DNA of 64,000 nt from Bugula neritina (Eukaryota; Animalia; Bryozoa). This document shows positions 1 to 13,900 of the stretch, piece after piece (position 1 is the stretch's first letter; each line of letters opens with the position of its first letter). The DNA is taken from contig OZ037765.1 of the NCBI GenBank assembly GCA_964035545.1, positions 4,350,698-4,414,697 on the forward strand. Direction: 5' to 3'. Both the position numbers and the translations under genes were made by a program. The notes under the pieces were generated by a model that worked only from the letters and a program-made list of their open reading frames with translations, was not told where the DNA came from and did no database searches.

Positions 1-1273
1 ATGAAAGACCCTTGAATCAAAGTATAAGGATTTAGGTTAGAGTGCATTCCACAAATAGTTTGCAGTGACAAACTTCAGTAGGCAGGCTATTAAATAATGG
101 AGTCAAACAAATTTATCTTTATTATCAGTTTATTGTCAGCAGAAACGGAATTCTTAGAATAGCCAAATTCAACTCTCTAACTATAATTAATAATGGTATG
201 AGTTTCATTGCATCAAATATCGTGGGCCTTTCAATTCTTATAATTGCATCATGTATCACCTGATGCTATAGCAACCAGCATAACGTAGGAACATAGCAGT
301 ATACTTAGTAAAGCCTTCATTAACTATTATATAATGCTTTGTATCAAACATGATTACTGCTAATAGTATACAACCATTCAAATGGCAATTTTCAAGGTTG
401 AGTAAAGGTTCACATTTGCACTGTGCCATTTGCTATGGAAATAAATCTTAGAGAAAGTTGTGGAAAAGCATTACAATACTAAAGAATTTAGGGAAGTGTT
501 GTTGAAATGAAAAGCAATATTGCACACCGATATCAGCAAATCATAGATAAAATTTCCCCGATTGACATTCAAATATGTATACTTGAAAAGATCAATAGCC
601 TGCTAGGTTATTGCACCAAAATACCAGGGAGCTACCACAACACTAATTATTATATATTAGTATTTGACGAAAGCACATCATTGATTTAATAATTTATTTA
701 CCTCATTGCAGTGATTTGTTGCATATTGCATAAGTATTAATGGCTATACCAACATTTCCACGTGGATGAAATAATAATTAGTACTAGCAACCAAAGAATG
801 CAAACCTAGGTAGATGAATAGATGGCCTACGATTCAAGCAGTGAAGCAATTATGGGGGGAGGGTGTAGAACAATTCCTTCCAATAATAAACTGTAAGAAC
901 CTAGGCTTATATCATTGAGACCAATTTTAAGCTTTTTAAAGTAAAAAGTATACTGAATCCAATGAGCCAAGTCAAAGGTAGCTGTAGGGTACAGCCTGTC
1001 TAAGTATATACAAGTATAGGCTTTGCACAAGTAATTTGGCAATCAATTCAAATCAAAATAAAGATAGTGAAACTTGTGCTACCACAAATAGCCTTGTTCA
1101 AGCATCACTACATTGTTTCCTAAGCAAAATAATTTAGATTCCTCCACCAATATAATAAAACATATTTATAATAGTGGAATGCATCAATAAAAAGAGCTCC
1201 TAAGTCAGTAGCATGGTGATAATATTACCAGCAACTATATAAACTAAATATCGGGAATTGTCTTTCCACCCAC

Positions 1274-4200
1274 CTCCCCCATGACTTGTAGAAGTAAGTT
1301 GAGTGAGTGAGGGTCGTGTACTAGACTGTCCGTGTATATCCTGCCCAGGTACTTCCTGGGAGACTCTTGGCAATTGGTGGCGCAGAGGTCTGGTCGCACA
1401 TTGAACCCGTGTTCTATTCTACCAACAGTGTAGGGAAAGGCACCGGCACCATGGGCAAAGCACACCTTCAATGCATTATATACAGTCCATAATATGCATA
1501 TAATATGTGTGCAGAATAAATATAAAATATATATTCTATGTAGCCAATATCATATGTGTATATATCATGTGTATATAAACATGGATATAATAATCTACAC
1601 AATAACTTGTCTAAAACCATAGTATAGTTTTAATAGGAAAATTGACCAATCATTAAAAGAATATAAACTCTCAAAATAATGAAACAAGGCACAGTAGAAC
1701 ACCAACTACTAGAAAAAGAAACTGATATTCATATTGGTAAAAGCCAGACTTTCAAATACAACTGCAATTGCTTGTTTAGAGCCTATTTAAACAAGTAGCG
1801 ACAGCAAAATATAAATATTACAGAAGACATATATCTTATAAAGGTTAAAAAATGTTGAGAACATGTCCAAATAAATTTTATATAAATCATCACAAAATAA
1901 CAGCATTACTATCAATGAAACTTTACAGAAAAAATAAAATTTAGCTAATAAATATATCATATTGTGCAACTTTATCTGATGGCACATGAACTAGCTTAAA
2001 TACACAGCAATACCTTAAGTTTGGGGAACTTCTCCAAAACACCACCAAACATCATACAACACATGGCGGTGGTGGTCTCAGCCGGCATGCCAACTAGCCA
2101 CGGGAGCCAATACTTCTCCTGCCGACCCCCCAGCTGCATGTCCCAGGGGTGGATAAACACGGTACAGTTTTCCTCCTCTGCTGCCTTCAAACGTAAGAAT
2201 TTATAAATAAGAATATATTATATAATTCAGCAGACAACTTCTACCAAGTATGCATTATATTTGATTGTAAAAGGGAGTTGTCTTTCTTTATCGACATATT
2301 TTAGTGGAAACCAGACTATACCTGTGAGTCTGAAAACAATAGATAAAGTTCCAGTGCTGAGAAAAATGATTTACAGACTTTTATTGACTTTTCATACAGA
2401 CCATTATATTATGTTTGGATTATAATAGCAAATATAATAAATTAAGAATAAATATAAATGATACTATAAATGAAACTATGCCTGGCAAAAATTATGTAAT
2501 ACTATTTAAAAGGCCTAAAAATGTACAAAAAGGAGACTAAAATTTTTGAAATTCAACTTTGAGACTACTTGTGTTTTTTATAGTTGCATTAAATGAAACA
2601 ATTGGGTTGAGATTTTTATGCTTTAAACACCAAATATTAACATCAAATATTAACATCAAATCTGAAACAAGAAAAAATACCACCAACTGAAAGCATGCTA
2701 CGAGTGTTAGTTTGTATACTTTTGAAATTATCTCCTCTTAGATTCAGTAATTCCTATGGAAGACCAGCATATAACTAATATAATATAATCAATATAACAA
2801 TAAAACCGATATAACAAGTAACTAATGTTTAAGAGTTGCATTAATCCCATGACATATTACCAGTCATATAATATGAATGCAGGCACATAAATATTCTTAC
2901 CTTCCAAAAAGATAACAACTCCGGGGCATCAAGGTTCCAGTCATTTATATGCGACCCAATTTCAACACCAACAAAACCTGCAGTAAATAGAAAGCACTAA
3001 AGGAAATGATTGCAGAGTTCAAACATTCAAAATGATATTTTTTATAACTGCTTCAGTAATCAAAGGATTTGCACATTTGGCAAAAGAGTCTTTTCCAATT
3101 CCAATATCACACAAACCATCAGCGCAAACCACATCACCACACAGCATCACCATCACCAAATCACAGCACCACAAACCAATCAATTTCCACTATAACTTGC
3201 AAGTAGGTGACTTGCCTAGATGAACTATATGAATTCTACTTCTACGCACACCCCCTCCTCCTACAACCCTTTTTTGCACCCACCTCCCTCCTGCAACCCT
3301 CCACCATGCGCACACCCCTGCCATTTAGTACTAAACCGACAGAAACTTGCTGACTTACATAAGAGTATTATTACTTTATGTGAGCATAACTTCCCTGCCA
3401 TTCACCTAGCACTCGCATACACCGTCTCAGCTCAGTAACTGCAAGTTCAGGTGACTGCATTGGCAAAGTGCCAAAAGCCAAGAACCTGTCAGGATATTTG
3501 GCTACACTGGCAGCTAAATCATCATTTATTATCTGACACAGGTCTAGCGTATCTTCAGGTTTTGCCTAAAACATTGCGTCATCATACTCAGTGCACATAA
3601 TGGATTGATTTAATGTTAACATAACACAGCACTTTTAGATGCAATCTTAAAATTATTCAATTCAAATATTGAACCAGGGCTTTATGACACTAATAAATGT
3701 TTGAAAATATTGCAATAGTCCCCTTAACATACTGCAACGATTCCCCAGTTTCAGCAAGTTTCAACTCAGCAACTTTATACAATAATTTTATGGTAGAAAT
3801 AAAAAGTATAATATTATAAAAGATCAACTAGGCCGGTGCTCAAATGAAATGGCAGAAACTGTGATGTGGAGAAGCTTAGGGAAACTTGCATGGGATAGGA
3901 AGTTGCCTGCCCAACTCACCAGCAGCAGACATCAGTGCCCTCATTTGCTGTATTTCAACTTTTTAATAACTGTTTTTGGAAATCCGGAGTCCCTGTGGTG
4001 TAAAAATAGTGCACTTGCTTGAAAGCCGGAGGTCTTGGGTTTGAATCCCAGCGGGGGCAAAAGTCTTACAAAAAACATTTTTTCAATTATAGGATAGCCG
4101 CATAAATTATTAATTATAATTATAAACTATACAGCTTTTGTTTTATAATCAATCTACACCGAGGTAACACCGAATGCTAAGTTTTATAATGACATGTAAC

Positions 4201-4793
4201 ACTTACCCAATAACTAAACATGACCGGCACGGTAGACAACACTTGCATAGTCACACCTGCAGAAATATTTAGACCATCAGTTTCATAGCAGTCTATGCTC
4301 AAAGAGCAACTCTAGTAGTTTGCTAACAATATAGTATTGCGGCAACAATATAGAGATCAAAATAAACCGCAGCTTGTCTTTTGTTACTTTAAGATAGGTG
4401 ACACAATGTGACTGAAACTTATTGCCATGTTATGAATTTGGATACTGAACCTGTTTTGTCCATATCTTTTATCCTCTCTTCTAAGTCGTAACAGTTCTTT
4501 TCAACAACCCTAAACAACTGGCCATTTTTCATCATCCTGGATTTGCCCGATCCTTCACAACATGGCTGCATTTCAATAAAACCATCATACCCGTAACGCT
4601 ACAAAACATCAAGTCTTTAAAATAAAAGATTTAGAAATTATCTGGTAGACTGATGAAAAACAATATTTCTTATTTAGAAATTCCAACAGGCAGCTAGTTG
4701 AATACACAAGTTGACTAGTAGTTATTAAATACTAACCTCTTTTAAATTAGGCCAACTTCTTGGTAAAATGTGATTATGAATATCAATTTTCAT
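1274..4793 (-). CDS. ACMSD: 2-amino-3-carboxymuconate-6-semialdehyde decarboxylase (multi-exon; 3' exon(s) not found in the window, probably beyond the left edge)
   Basis: GT-AG exons 4737-4793, 4451-4598, 4207-4256, 3406-3565, 2901-2977, 2014-2184 and 1274-1465 join in frame: MKIDIHNHILP (HxH metal motif)...VLSTVPVMFSYWAKPED...GVEIGSHINDWNLDAPEL...FIHPWDM...WLVGMPAETT...VCFAHGAGAFPYTVGRIEHGF...YTDSLVHD. The expected terminal DYPFPLGE exon was not found in 1-1273. Confidence 0.95.
3989..4059 (+). mobile_element. tRNA-derived element (SINE head or tRNA pseudogene) in an ACMSD intron
   Basis: Acceptor-like stem GTCCCTG...CGGGGGC, A-box-like TGGTGTAA, B-box-like GGTTTGAATCCC, and a downstream T-run near 4078. 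D-loop and anticodon arm are degenerate. Confidence 0.6.
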
Positions 4794-5519
4794 TTCAATT
4801 TGGGTACAATCTAAAACATAACTAGAATTCTATACTACTTTTTGTTTGAGTGTAAAAGATGCAATCGATTGATCACCAATAACTATAACTATAAGTATAA
4901 GTGAATATTATATGTATTGCAATAAAAATATTAATAATAACGTTGCTGAGACAACATGTATTAGCCATTTGTAAATTTATTATTTTTCTATATTATTTAA
5001 ATCAATTTTAAATTCAATTCTTAGTCTAACGTGATATTAATAATATAATTATAAAAATTATAATAATAATTATAATATAATATTAATAATAATAATAATA
5101 GTATTACTAATAATCATTACAGATAAATGATAACGATATACTTTTAGGCAAGCATAAATATCTAAAATATATTGATAAAATGCCAGTATAGGATAGAAGT
5201 ATTGTGCTTAATATCAATGTTACAATTGAAGACGGAAACATATTGTACTAGTTGTCACGTTAACGAAATTGAATGGCTTTGGTTTTGGGGCTTGCCAAAC
5301 AGAAACGGAAAATTACATGTAGTAATTTGTTCTGTGATTGAATAATTCGAATTATTTTTTGTTGAAAGAATTTTGCAAAAAAATTATTTTTAATTTTATT
5401 AAATTGTGATAATACATAAAAAACAAAAAAAACGTTACAAAAACAACAAACGTTTCAAACTCAAATATAGAGTTATCTTTTCGCATAAGAAAGCCCGGTC
5501 TTAAACATTGCTTCATAAA

Positions 5520-5615
5520 ATTATTGGACGTTTCCTCAGTTGGGTGACCTACGCAAAATGAGCCGATTTATAAGCAGCCAATCATTGCTCAATGGTTACA
5601 CATGCCCCAATACTT
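5520..5615. promoter_or_regulatory. Putative shared ACMSD/FDFT1 core promoter with CCAAT (NF-Y) boxes and an SRE-like site
   Basis: ATTGG at 5523, AGCCAATCA at ~5576-5584 and CCAAT at ~5607. GTTGGGTGAC at 5539-5548 reads GTCACCCAAC on the reverse strand, 8/10 to SRE-1 ATCACCCCAC. Lies between divergent start codons. Confidence 0.45.
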
Positions 5616-6416
5616 ATCACTAATCGCTACAGATTTTGTATAACCCAACATATGCTATAATGCATTGTGAATAATAATCAACTTGGTATGCACTCGCACT
5701 TGGTTACACTTTCCCTCATTAAAGTTTATTTCTAACTGTAACAGTTTGCGTTGCCATCAAAATTCAAATTGTATTATCTCAATACTAATACTAATAGATA
5801 GCTAATACTAAATCTAGTACTAGTACTAGTAGGAAACAAGTTAACCAATCTGAATCACAATATGAATATGAATATCAATATGAATATGAAATTGAGTAAC
5901 ATTAACATTTTCATTTTGATTTTCAATTTCATTTTTGATTTCATTTTGAATTTGATTTAGTTTTACTTTTAGTTTTAGTTTGACACATTTGATGGTGTAA
6001 TCATAATGGTAGCCATAAATAATATAAAGATGATGGAATTATTATTAATGTTGATTTTTAATTGTATTGCCATATTCTCATCATGTTGAACTTGAAGTTA
6101 ATGTTGCAATTATTATTGTAATTGTATCAAAACTACAGAACTTCAACTTGCGAACAGTGAATATTTATACCAAATTCTAAACTGAAAGTGAATTAACTAA
6201 GTCTAATAGTAATAGTAATTTTTTGCATTTATGGTATTGTTAACGCTTCAACTTCAAGGTGGGAAACAATGTGTCTGGGGTTGTACTTATAGTTGTACTT
6301 GTATTTCAAGTATAAAGGAATCTATACTAACAGTAACAGCGGTAGGGCAGATGTTGAAGCCTTCAAGGCTCACACTATATGCAAAGAATTGTGTTGCAGG
6401 TACATGATATAGAAAC

Positions 6417-9400
6417 ATGGAATTGCTAAAGTCAGCAGGTCATCCTGAAGAAATATTTGCTCTTTTGCAATATAAGTTCGGAAAAAGTGTTGTTCTGCAA
6501 TCAAAATGCTCAACGGTAAGACTTATGATGAATTGTACTAACTTAATACGAGCTTATTAGCTTTTGACTTAAGGCTACAAGCATTATAATTGAATTTATA
6601 TAATATGTGTTTAGTGTATGCATAATCAGTCTCTGATATTTCTCTGCTGTTTATAGAAGGAAATGCCCCCCACTATGAGACGATGTTACGAATATTTAAA
6701 CAAAACTAGTAGGAGTTTTGCGGCTGTCATCCAGGCTCTTGATGCAGAGTTGAGGTAGAAAGTTTTAAAAATAATTCGAGGAATATAAGTTATGAACTAA
6801 TGACCTTAACTTTCAGAGCTTTAGATTGTCTGTTTTTGTCTTCTTTATACTTGGTTTGGAGTATGTGTAGAAGTTGTAATATGTAGTCTAATAATATCAT
6901 TATTGTTGACATCCAGGTGTTATCTAGATCTATGATGTTTCTACTGTAGACATGCTGTGTGCGTCTTCTACCTGGTGTTGAGAGCTTTGGACACTGTGGA
7001 GGACGATATGACGATTCCCCTGAGTAGAAAGATTCCAATGCTGACACAATTTCATAGCAATTTATACAACGCTGACTGGAAATTCTTGAAAAGCCAGGAA
7101 AAAGATAAAGTCGTATTGGAGGATTTTCTTACAGTATGTTGTTATTCCTAAAATTGGAAAATATTGCTTTTGTTAAGATCCTAGGCTAGCTAATTCTATC
7201 TATAGGCAAAGTATGGAATTTCTTTTAAATATCAACAATGAATCAAATTGATTTTTTTCTTTAAGCTCAGACAACACTAATAAACTAGTTGCATGATATG
7301 CTGTACCACTGACAGAGTATTGACATTTAGCTGTCGTATTGTGGCAGCTTTACTGAAACATCTGCTAAGCAGGGACTTGTATTGTCACAGTTTGTTGGTC
7401 AATGGCTCTCAGCTAGTTGGAATCATTGAAATATAACTATATAATTTCAGTTTATTGGTTGAAATATATAGCCTAGAATGCTCCGTGGACAGCTAGGTCT
7501 CAATACTAACTGAACAAGTTAGCTACAGCGCTGGTGGCTTATTATAGCCGAATTTGCACATCCCCATGCGTTGTTTCATCATAAAATACCATTGTTTGTT
7601 TTTAATGTTTGATGCATCTTACATCTAGTTAGGGACCAGACATGGTCCGGCTAACGCAGGTACTTGACTTGTATTGTTTCTGTTCAGATTTCTCACGAGT
7701 TTCGAGGGTTGAACCAGAGCTACCAGGAAGTGATAGCAGACATAACAAAGCGTATGGGTCACGGCATGACTGTATTCTTCAGTAGGGAGCTGAACACTCA
7801 GGAGGATTGGAACGAGGTTTGTCCTGTTTCTACTGAATGCCGTCACTTGCTATTACTTGAAATTAAGTAAAGAGTAATTAAATAATGGAATTGTCAAAGC
7901 AAAGGACTTGTTATAGTTGCATACACTCTTTACCTTTGAAGATATTAATTACTGTTATAATAAAGGTTTACGGGAGCTTTTTGCTGTTGATATCAAGCTT
8001 TTGTTGTAAAGTCAAAATAAAAGGTGTGACTTGTTTTTCATCATCAGACTTTTGTCTCAAGTTGAATTATGACATTGCAAATTACGTTGATTCTAGACCA
8101 ATAGTAGCACGCTTAGTTAAGCGTGTCTCATTCATTCTATGGTTGCTTAGTATATGCCTTATTATATCTCATATAATTTCCTAACAGTACTGCCACTATG
8201 TGGCGGGGCTGGTGGGCATAGGACTCTCCAAACTCTTCTCTGCCTCTGGATTGGAGGCTACAGTTATTGGCCAAGATACGGACCTGGCAAACTCCATGGG
8301 ACTCTTCCTCCAGAAAACTAATATTATTAGAGATTACCTTGAAGACATTGTTGATGGTCGAGTGTTCTGGCCTAAATCAGTAAGCATATCCTTATTCTGT
8401 TTATGAGTTTCTCGTATTACTAGTACTAAAGATGGGGATATTTTCCATGTAAGTGTAGATTAACATTTACGATATACATTGTTTTGTCAGTCGGCAACAA
8501 TCAATATCTTGTGACATGTAATCAATGATGGGCATCGGAGTTTAACTGATGCTAGTTGTTGGCACCCAGCACTGTTTTATATTATTAGAGAGTTTGAAAA
8601 TTACTGTTTCTGCATGGTAATAGGAAGAATTATGTGGCAAAAAAAATTCATAATATATAAGGTTGAAAATGTCTTGTGAGTGCACTGTGTAGAGGTGAAG
8701 GATATTAGTTTAAAGATGTTGCTTGTATTTTATATTGTAAAATATTAGTATTTTTATGATGTACAAAACACTTTTTTGATGGAAGTCAATAAATTTGAAA
8801 CAAACGTAAAAATATCAGGTGATAGGAAGTCTTAAGTAAGTAGATGTCATCAACATAACTGGTAATACCCTGTCACTTGTGCCAAAGTGCTTTTATACCC
8901 TGTCACATGTAATGAGGTGCTTGTATACCCTGTCACTTGTAGCAAAGTGCTTGTATACCCTGCTACATGTTACAAGGTGCTTGTTCTTTTTTAATTATGT
9001 TGAAGACATTCATTTACCCCACTCAGTAGTTGATGTATTCTGCATCACTATAAGAGTGTGCTGCTCCCTCTTTTTCAATCTGCATGCGATGTTTTATATA
9101 ATTTATTTCTGTCTCAGGTGTGGAGTAAATATACAGACAATTTGGAAGACTTCAGGTCTTTAGAGAACTCAGGCCAAGCTGTCTGCTGTCTCAATGATCT
9201 GGTTACTAATGCTCTGACCCATATTCCTGACGTTATAGAATATATGTCAAGGATAAACAACCAGTCTGTGTTCAACTTCTGTGCCATTCCACAGGTAGGG
9301 GCATGTAATCACCTCCCCCTCTCCATGTCATGCGTTCTTGTGAAAAAGAGCTATTCTGGGTTATAGGCTTTCGTTGAACAAACATAGATATTTAATGTAG

Positions 9401-10268
9401 TAATAGAACAAGCGTGTGTTAATGGTTAGTTTAAAGCATATGCGCATTTGATCTATCGTAGAGTTTTTACTGCATAACATGTGGTTGAATTTATCATAAG
9501 TTTAGCCTTAAAACCTTTACTACTGAATACAGGTGATGGCCATAGCCACCCTAGAGAGACTGTACGCTAACGGCAAAGTCTTTCAAGGTGTCGTTAAGAT
9601 CAGGAAAGGAGAAGCTGTCAGAATGATGAGCGAGGCGACTACACTAGACAATGTGAAGGCCATATTTAGACACTTTATACTCAGGGTAGGTGAATACATT
9701 GTGTAGGTGAATACATTGTGTAGGTGAATATATTGGGTAGGTGGATATATTGTGTAGGTGGATACATTGTGTAGGTAAATACATTGTGTAGGTGAATATA
9801 TTGTGTAGGTGAATATATTGTGTAGGTGAATATATTGTGTAGGTGGATACATTGTGTAAGTGAATACATTGTGTTAGACTGTCTGAGGATGCAAATGGTT
9901 GGTATTAGCTGACAAAGCACTGCAATATGTTTACCCCTACATAGTTAAGAGACTTTTATACACATCATCTGCACTAATAATATTTCATAAGTGAAAATTC
10001 ATATATATGTATTGTTTACAAGTAGATTCCGTTGCTATGAAGCACTATTACATTTCCTCTGACCTTGTAGATACAGAGTAGAGTGAGATCATCAGATCCT
10101 TCTGCAACCAGAACCATGGCTGCTATAAATGCCGCCCTCGAGTGTACAAAGACTGAGACTAAATATGACACCTCCGACTATTATATCCCACTGTACATGT
10201 CTGTGGTGTTGATGGTAGCCGCCATTGCTTGGCACTACCTCAATCTTTTCAGCAACTACAGTTACTGA
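6417..10268 (+). CDS. FDFT1: Squalene synthase (farnesyl-diphosphate farnesyltransferase 1), 8 coding exons, complete
   Basis: Exons 6417-6515, 6657-6754, 6950-7133, 7688-7816, 8188-8379, 9118-9294, 9533-9685, 10071-10268. Motifs [78 protein letters not shown], and a C-terminal TM anchor. Confidence 0.97.
8863..8982. repeat. ~30-bp minisatellite, ~3-4 copies, FDFT1 intron 5
   Basis: Recurring TATACCCTGTCACTTGT..CAAAGTGCTTG unit. Confidence 0.8.
9686..9875. repeat. 17-bp minisatellite beginning at the FDFT1 exon 7 donor
   Basis: GTAGGTGAATACATTGT repeated about 11 times. Confidence 0.9.
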
Positions 10269-10731
10269 CAGTATGTGTGGAGTTATCACGCCTCGTACTA
10301 ATATGTAGTCTAGCCTTTGTGTTTAAGCCAGTGTAGACGAATGTCTCATTTACTGCTGTACTTGTCATTTATACCAGCTAGAAGTTGGTGCTTGTTCTTT
10401 ATTGAAGTAGCACAGGCAGTTTGGGTACAAACTCTATTTTGCTAATACTCTAGTGTCTAGACCTAGCATTGCTCATGTTATGTTATTCAGATAATTATTC
10501 TGATGCATTGAAACACACTTATTTATGTTTTTTGTTAATGTACAGTTGATCAATGTGAAGATCTCTTTGTTCTTGTAATAGTATGCCTACAGGTTGTCCT
10601 TGCGTCTTTCTGCATATTCTATTACTTGCATAATGTATGTTATATTTAAATAATTACCAACAGTCTTTCATGCTATATTTTACATTGTGTCGTTTCCTGA
10701 CATTTCTTATTTTTCATATACAAGCATTTAC

Positions 10732-10737
10732 AATAAA
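10732..10737 (+). terminator. Candidate FDFT1 polyadenylation signal
   Basis: AATAAA about 460 nt after the stop codon, followed by GT/T-rich sequence. Confidence 0.5.
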
Positions 10738-10989
10738 AATGTACTGTTGCATTCTTAGAGTTTGTTGAATATAATAAATGGAAAAGTTACAGATGACTAG
10801 CCTTATTTTGGAAAATAGAGTATCTATGGATGGCTGCTGAGCCTTAAGTGATAGATTCTCCCGTAGCTGATTTGTTTGTCAGTAACTGGACTTGATAAAC
10901 TCAAACTTAAAGTCTCTGCCACTTTCTATCAGACAATGTCGCTAGCTGTACAGATGCGTGTTTCATTCAGGAAAGGGATTGTTGGTCGG

Positions 10990-13900
10990 TCAAGACCCAA
11001 AATCTGGGATCAAACTTGCAACTCTTTTCCTCATTTCTTCTCGTCGTTTCTCTTTCTCAACCTCTTTCCGCCGTTCTTTTGGAAGATTCTTCCAAGTGGA
11101 GAATGCCCAAGTCATTAGCCTCCTACAATCATTCATTGCACATTAACCTGCAGAGTTACAAGATAAAAGATGCTACAAAAGCATGTATACACTATCATAA
11201 TGTATAACGACTACATACCTCGTGTCATGTTGCCTGGCACGCCTTTCTTTCTCCCAAAATGATATTTTCTCCCGGGTAGTGAAGTCTAGCCAAGATTTAA
11301 ATACTTCGGATATTAGTCTAGAGTTGTAATAGCGTTCTGCCTTGGAAGTCAAGATATTTGACTGCAGCCTCCACTAAAAAATCAATACAAGAGTTGGTTA
11401 AGCAAGTGGATAAGTTGAAGCCGGACCTAAAAACTATGACCACACTCAGAGACACATGGAAGAATGTAGTTGGGTAGAAATCTTAAACTTTTCAAGCCTC
11501 TGTACCAAACTAAGGTGTTAACAATATGTATTTACATCAGCAGCTTACAACAATCCTTTGCCTTATTTGTTAATGTTCCGAAGCAAAAAATAGTTTAGAA
11601 CAACTAATATTGTATAAATATTGTATATGCAATCAAGATATTTTCTGAGTGACAATATTTACTTGAGTCCAGTTCCTAAAGTATCTCCTCACTAAATGCT
11701 TTCTATACATCCTGTCAGCTCTCTCATTGCGAGATGCCATGATCTCTTCATATCTATATCTCCATAGTTGAAAACATTGACTGTAGACAACAAAGCATTA
11801 TTAAGTTGGTACCAGAATCATTAAATTGTTTATCAATTTAAAAAATCAAATTATCTCAGGATATACAAATAAACGAGGATGCAGCTATTAGCTTTGTGTT
11901 TCAAGAGCAATTTCCTAAAAAAAATTCTGGTCATATTTAGAATGCTTCGATTAACTTAATCTACTGCCATAATAATATAAAAAAATCAAAACTGCTTCAA
12001 TAACACGTAAAAAATATAGAACTAGATATGTAGTTAGCAATATTTTTAACAAATTTTGCTCTCCTAACTCACTGACTCAAATTCTATCTGCTATAGAATA
12101 AGTGAGTTTTGATCTTTCCAACAAAATAAAAAATCACTATTCTATTTATGCCTGCCGAATCATAGCAGAGAAATCACCCATTCTCTGCTCTCCAATATCA
12201 ACTTTTATTATAAAGCAGACAGTCAAATTTTGTGACATCACAGCTGAAATTTTTTTATAAACTACATCGTGATTGGATTGACAGAACTCACTTTTGTAAG
12301 CTATGAGTACAGAAAAGTGCTGCTTTTTCACGCAATTCTTTCATATGGAAGTAGTGCTGCTTAAGCTGATTGAAGCCGTAAAACTTCAACACCCGGAGTT
12401 GAGAATGATCATCTGCTTTACGCTGATTAGCCAGTGCTTTCTCTTTCAGTTGTTGCAACTCTAACTCTCTCTATAATATCCCAGTATAGTTACTATTATA
12501 TAATATATAATATTACATCACAATATATAATATTATACAATATTACAGGATACAACATGTATTAGGAAACAATAAGCACTGATTGTGAATTTCCCAATAA
12601 ATAGAAATCATAAGATAAGCTACCAATTTTTCTTGTTTCTTTTTCTCTCTGAATATTTCAATTCTTTGCTTCTTTTCTTCTGCTTCCTGTTTTCTAATCT
12701 CTTCTTCTTTTGCTAAGAGCTCAGCCTAAAATTATGGACAATACATTTCTAAACAAATAGTAAAATAATGATACTAAGTAACAAAACTCTCTAGCAGTTT
12801 GAATGTCGTACCACACGCTGCTCTTCTAGCGCACGCTTTCTCTCTTCTCTCTCCTTTTTAGCCTTAGCTCTCTCCTCAGCTCGTTCTGCCATTTTTTGAC
12901 TAAACGCAGTTGAGGCGGCTGAAACCTTGCTAACAGAGCTGATATGTGACCTTGAACTTAGAGGTACTTCTACAGCCTGGCTGGTCTCGTTAGAGGAGGT
13001 GGGTGTTGGGGGAACCACAGAATTCAACTTTTTATCTTGCATGGTAAGCTTGGTCAGCTTTTCTAACTGCAAAAATAATTTTAGACACTAACAAAAACTT
13101 ATTGGAGAAAAGAGTAAAATGTTCAACGAACTTACAAAACAATACTTGCCCCAATGAAAAGATAGGCAGAAGTTAACCTATCAGGTACTGTATCTAAACA
13201 AATACATATAATATTATAGATGCTGCTTTAAACTAAACTCACCTGCTGCTGAATAACTTGCTGCTGCTTGACCTGCTCTTCCAGTAAACTTCTGTCTTGT
13301 TTAAACTTCAACTCTTCAATCATCTGCTTCTGCTCTTTTATTGCCTTTTGCTGTTCCTGCATTAACCAATCAGAACTGAAGACACACATTCAGCAATCAG
13401 AACTGTAGACACACATTCAGCAATCTGCCATGTAATACAGTTCCTACTGTAAACATTTTTTTAAGACAAAGTCCATTAAAGTAAGTCAACATATTTTTTT
13501 TCCATTAGGCACCCACACCAACAGCTTGCTGGAATTAGCAATTAATATCAACCATTTTTATACGATAAAAATAGCAAATTTCTGTCAATTATTGCTAGTA
13601 AGAATATTGCAGTAATCCACTTCAAGAAAAAAATTAAAACTTTTCTACTTACTTGTAGAATCTTTTGTTGCGCCTGGAATCTGTTTTGAAAAGACTTAGG
13701 AATCTTTGCTGAAGATGAGGAGCTACCTGTCTGAGAGATGGCCTCCTCAAATGCATCAGTTTGAGGATCCTCAGCTACAGTTAAATGAAATATAATTAGC
13801 CAATCATCATTAAATAATATACCAAACTTATCTTATATACAACTTATAAAGTTACTGATAGGATGTTATTATTTGCTACTGTTGATTATAGAATTAAAAA

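Noticed and set aside
827-1042. Candidate last ACMSD exon
   Set aside because: The translation lacks the conserved G(T/S)DYPFPLGE motif; the terminal exon probably lies outside the window.
3989-4059. Functional tRNA gene
   Set aside because: The D-loop GG is missing, the T-loop reads TTTGA instead of TTCGA and the anticodon stem pairs poorly; treated as a tRNA-derived relic.
11123-11147. Upstream CAG acceptor for the last CCDC191 exon
   Set aside because: It introduces an in-frame TGA; the TAG acceptor at 11123-11124 restores the conserved C-terminus.
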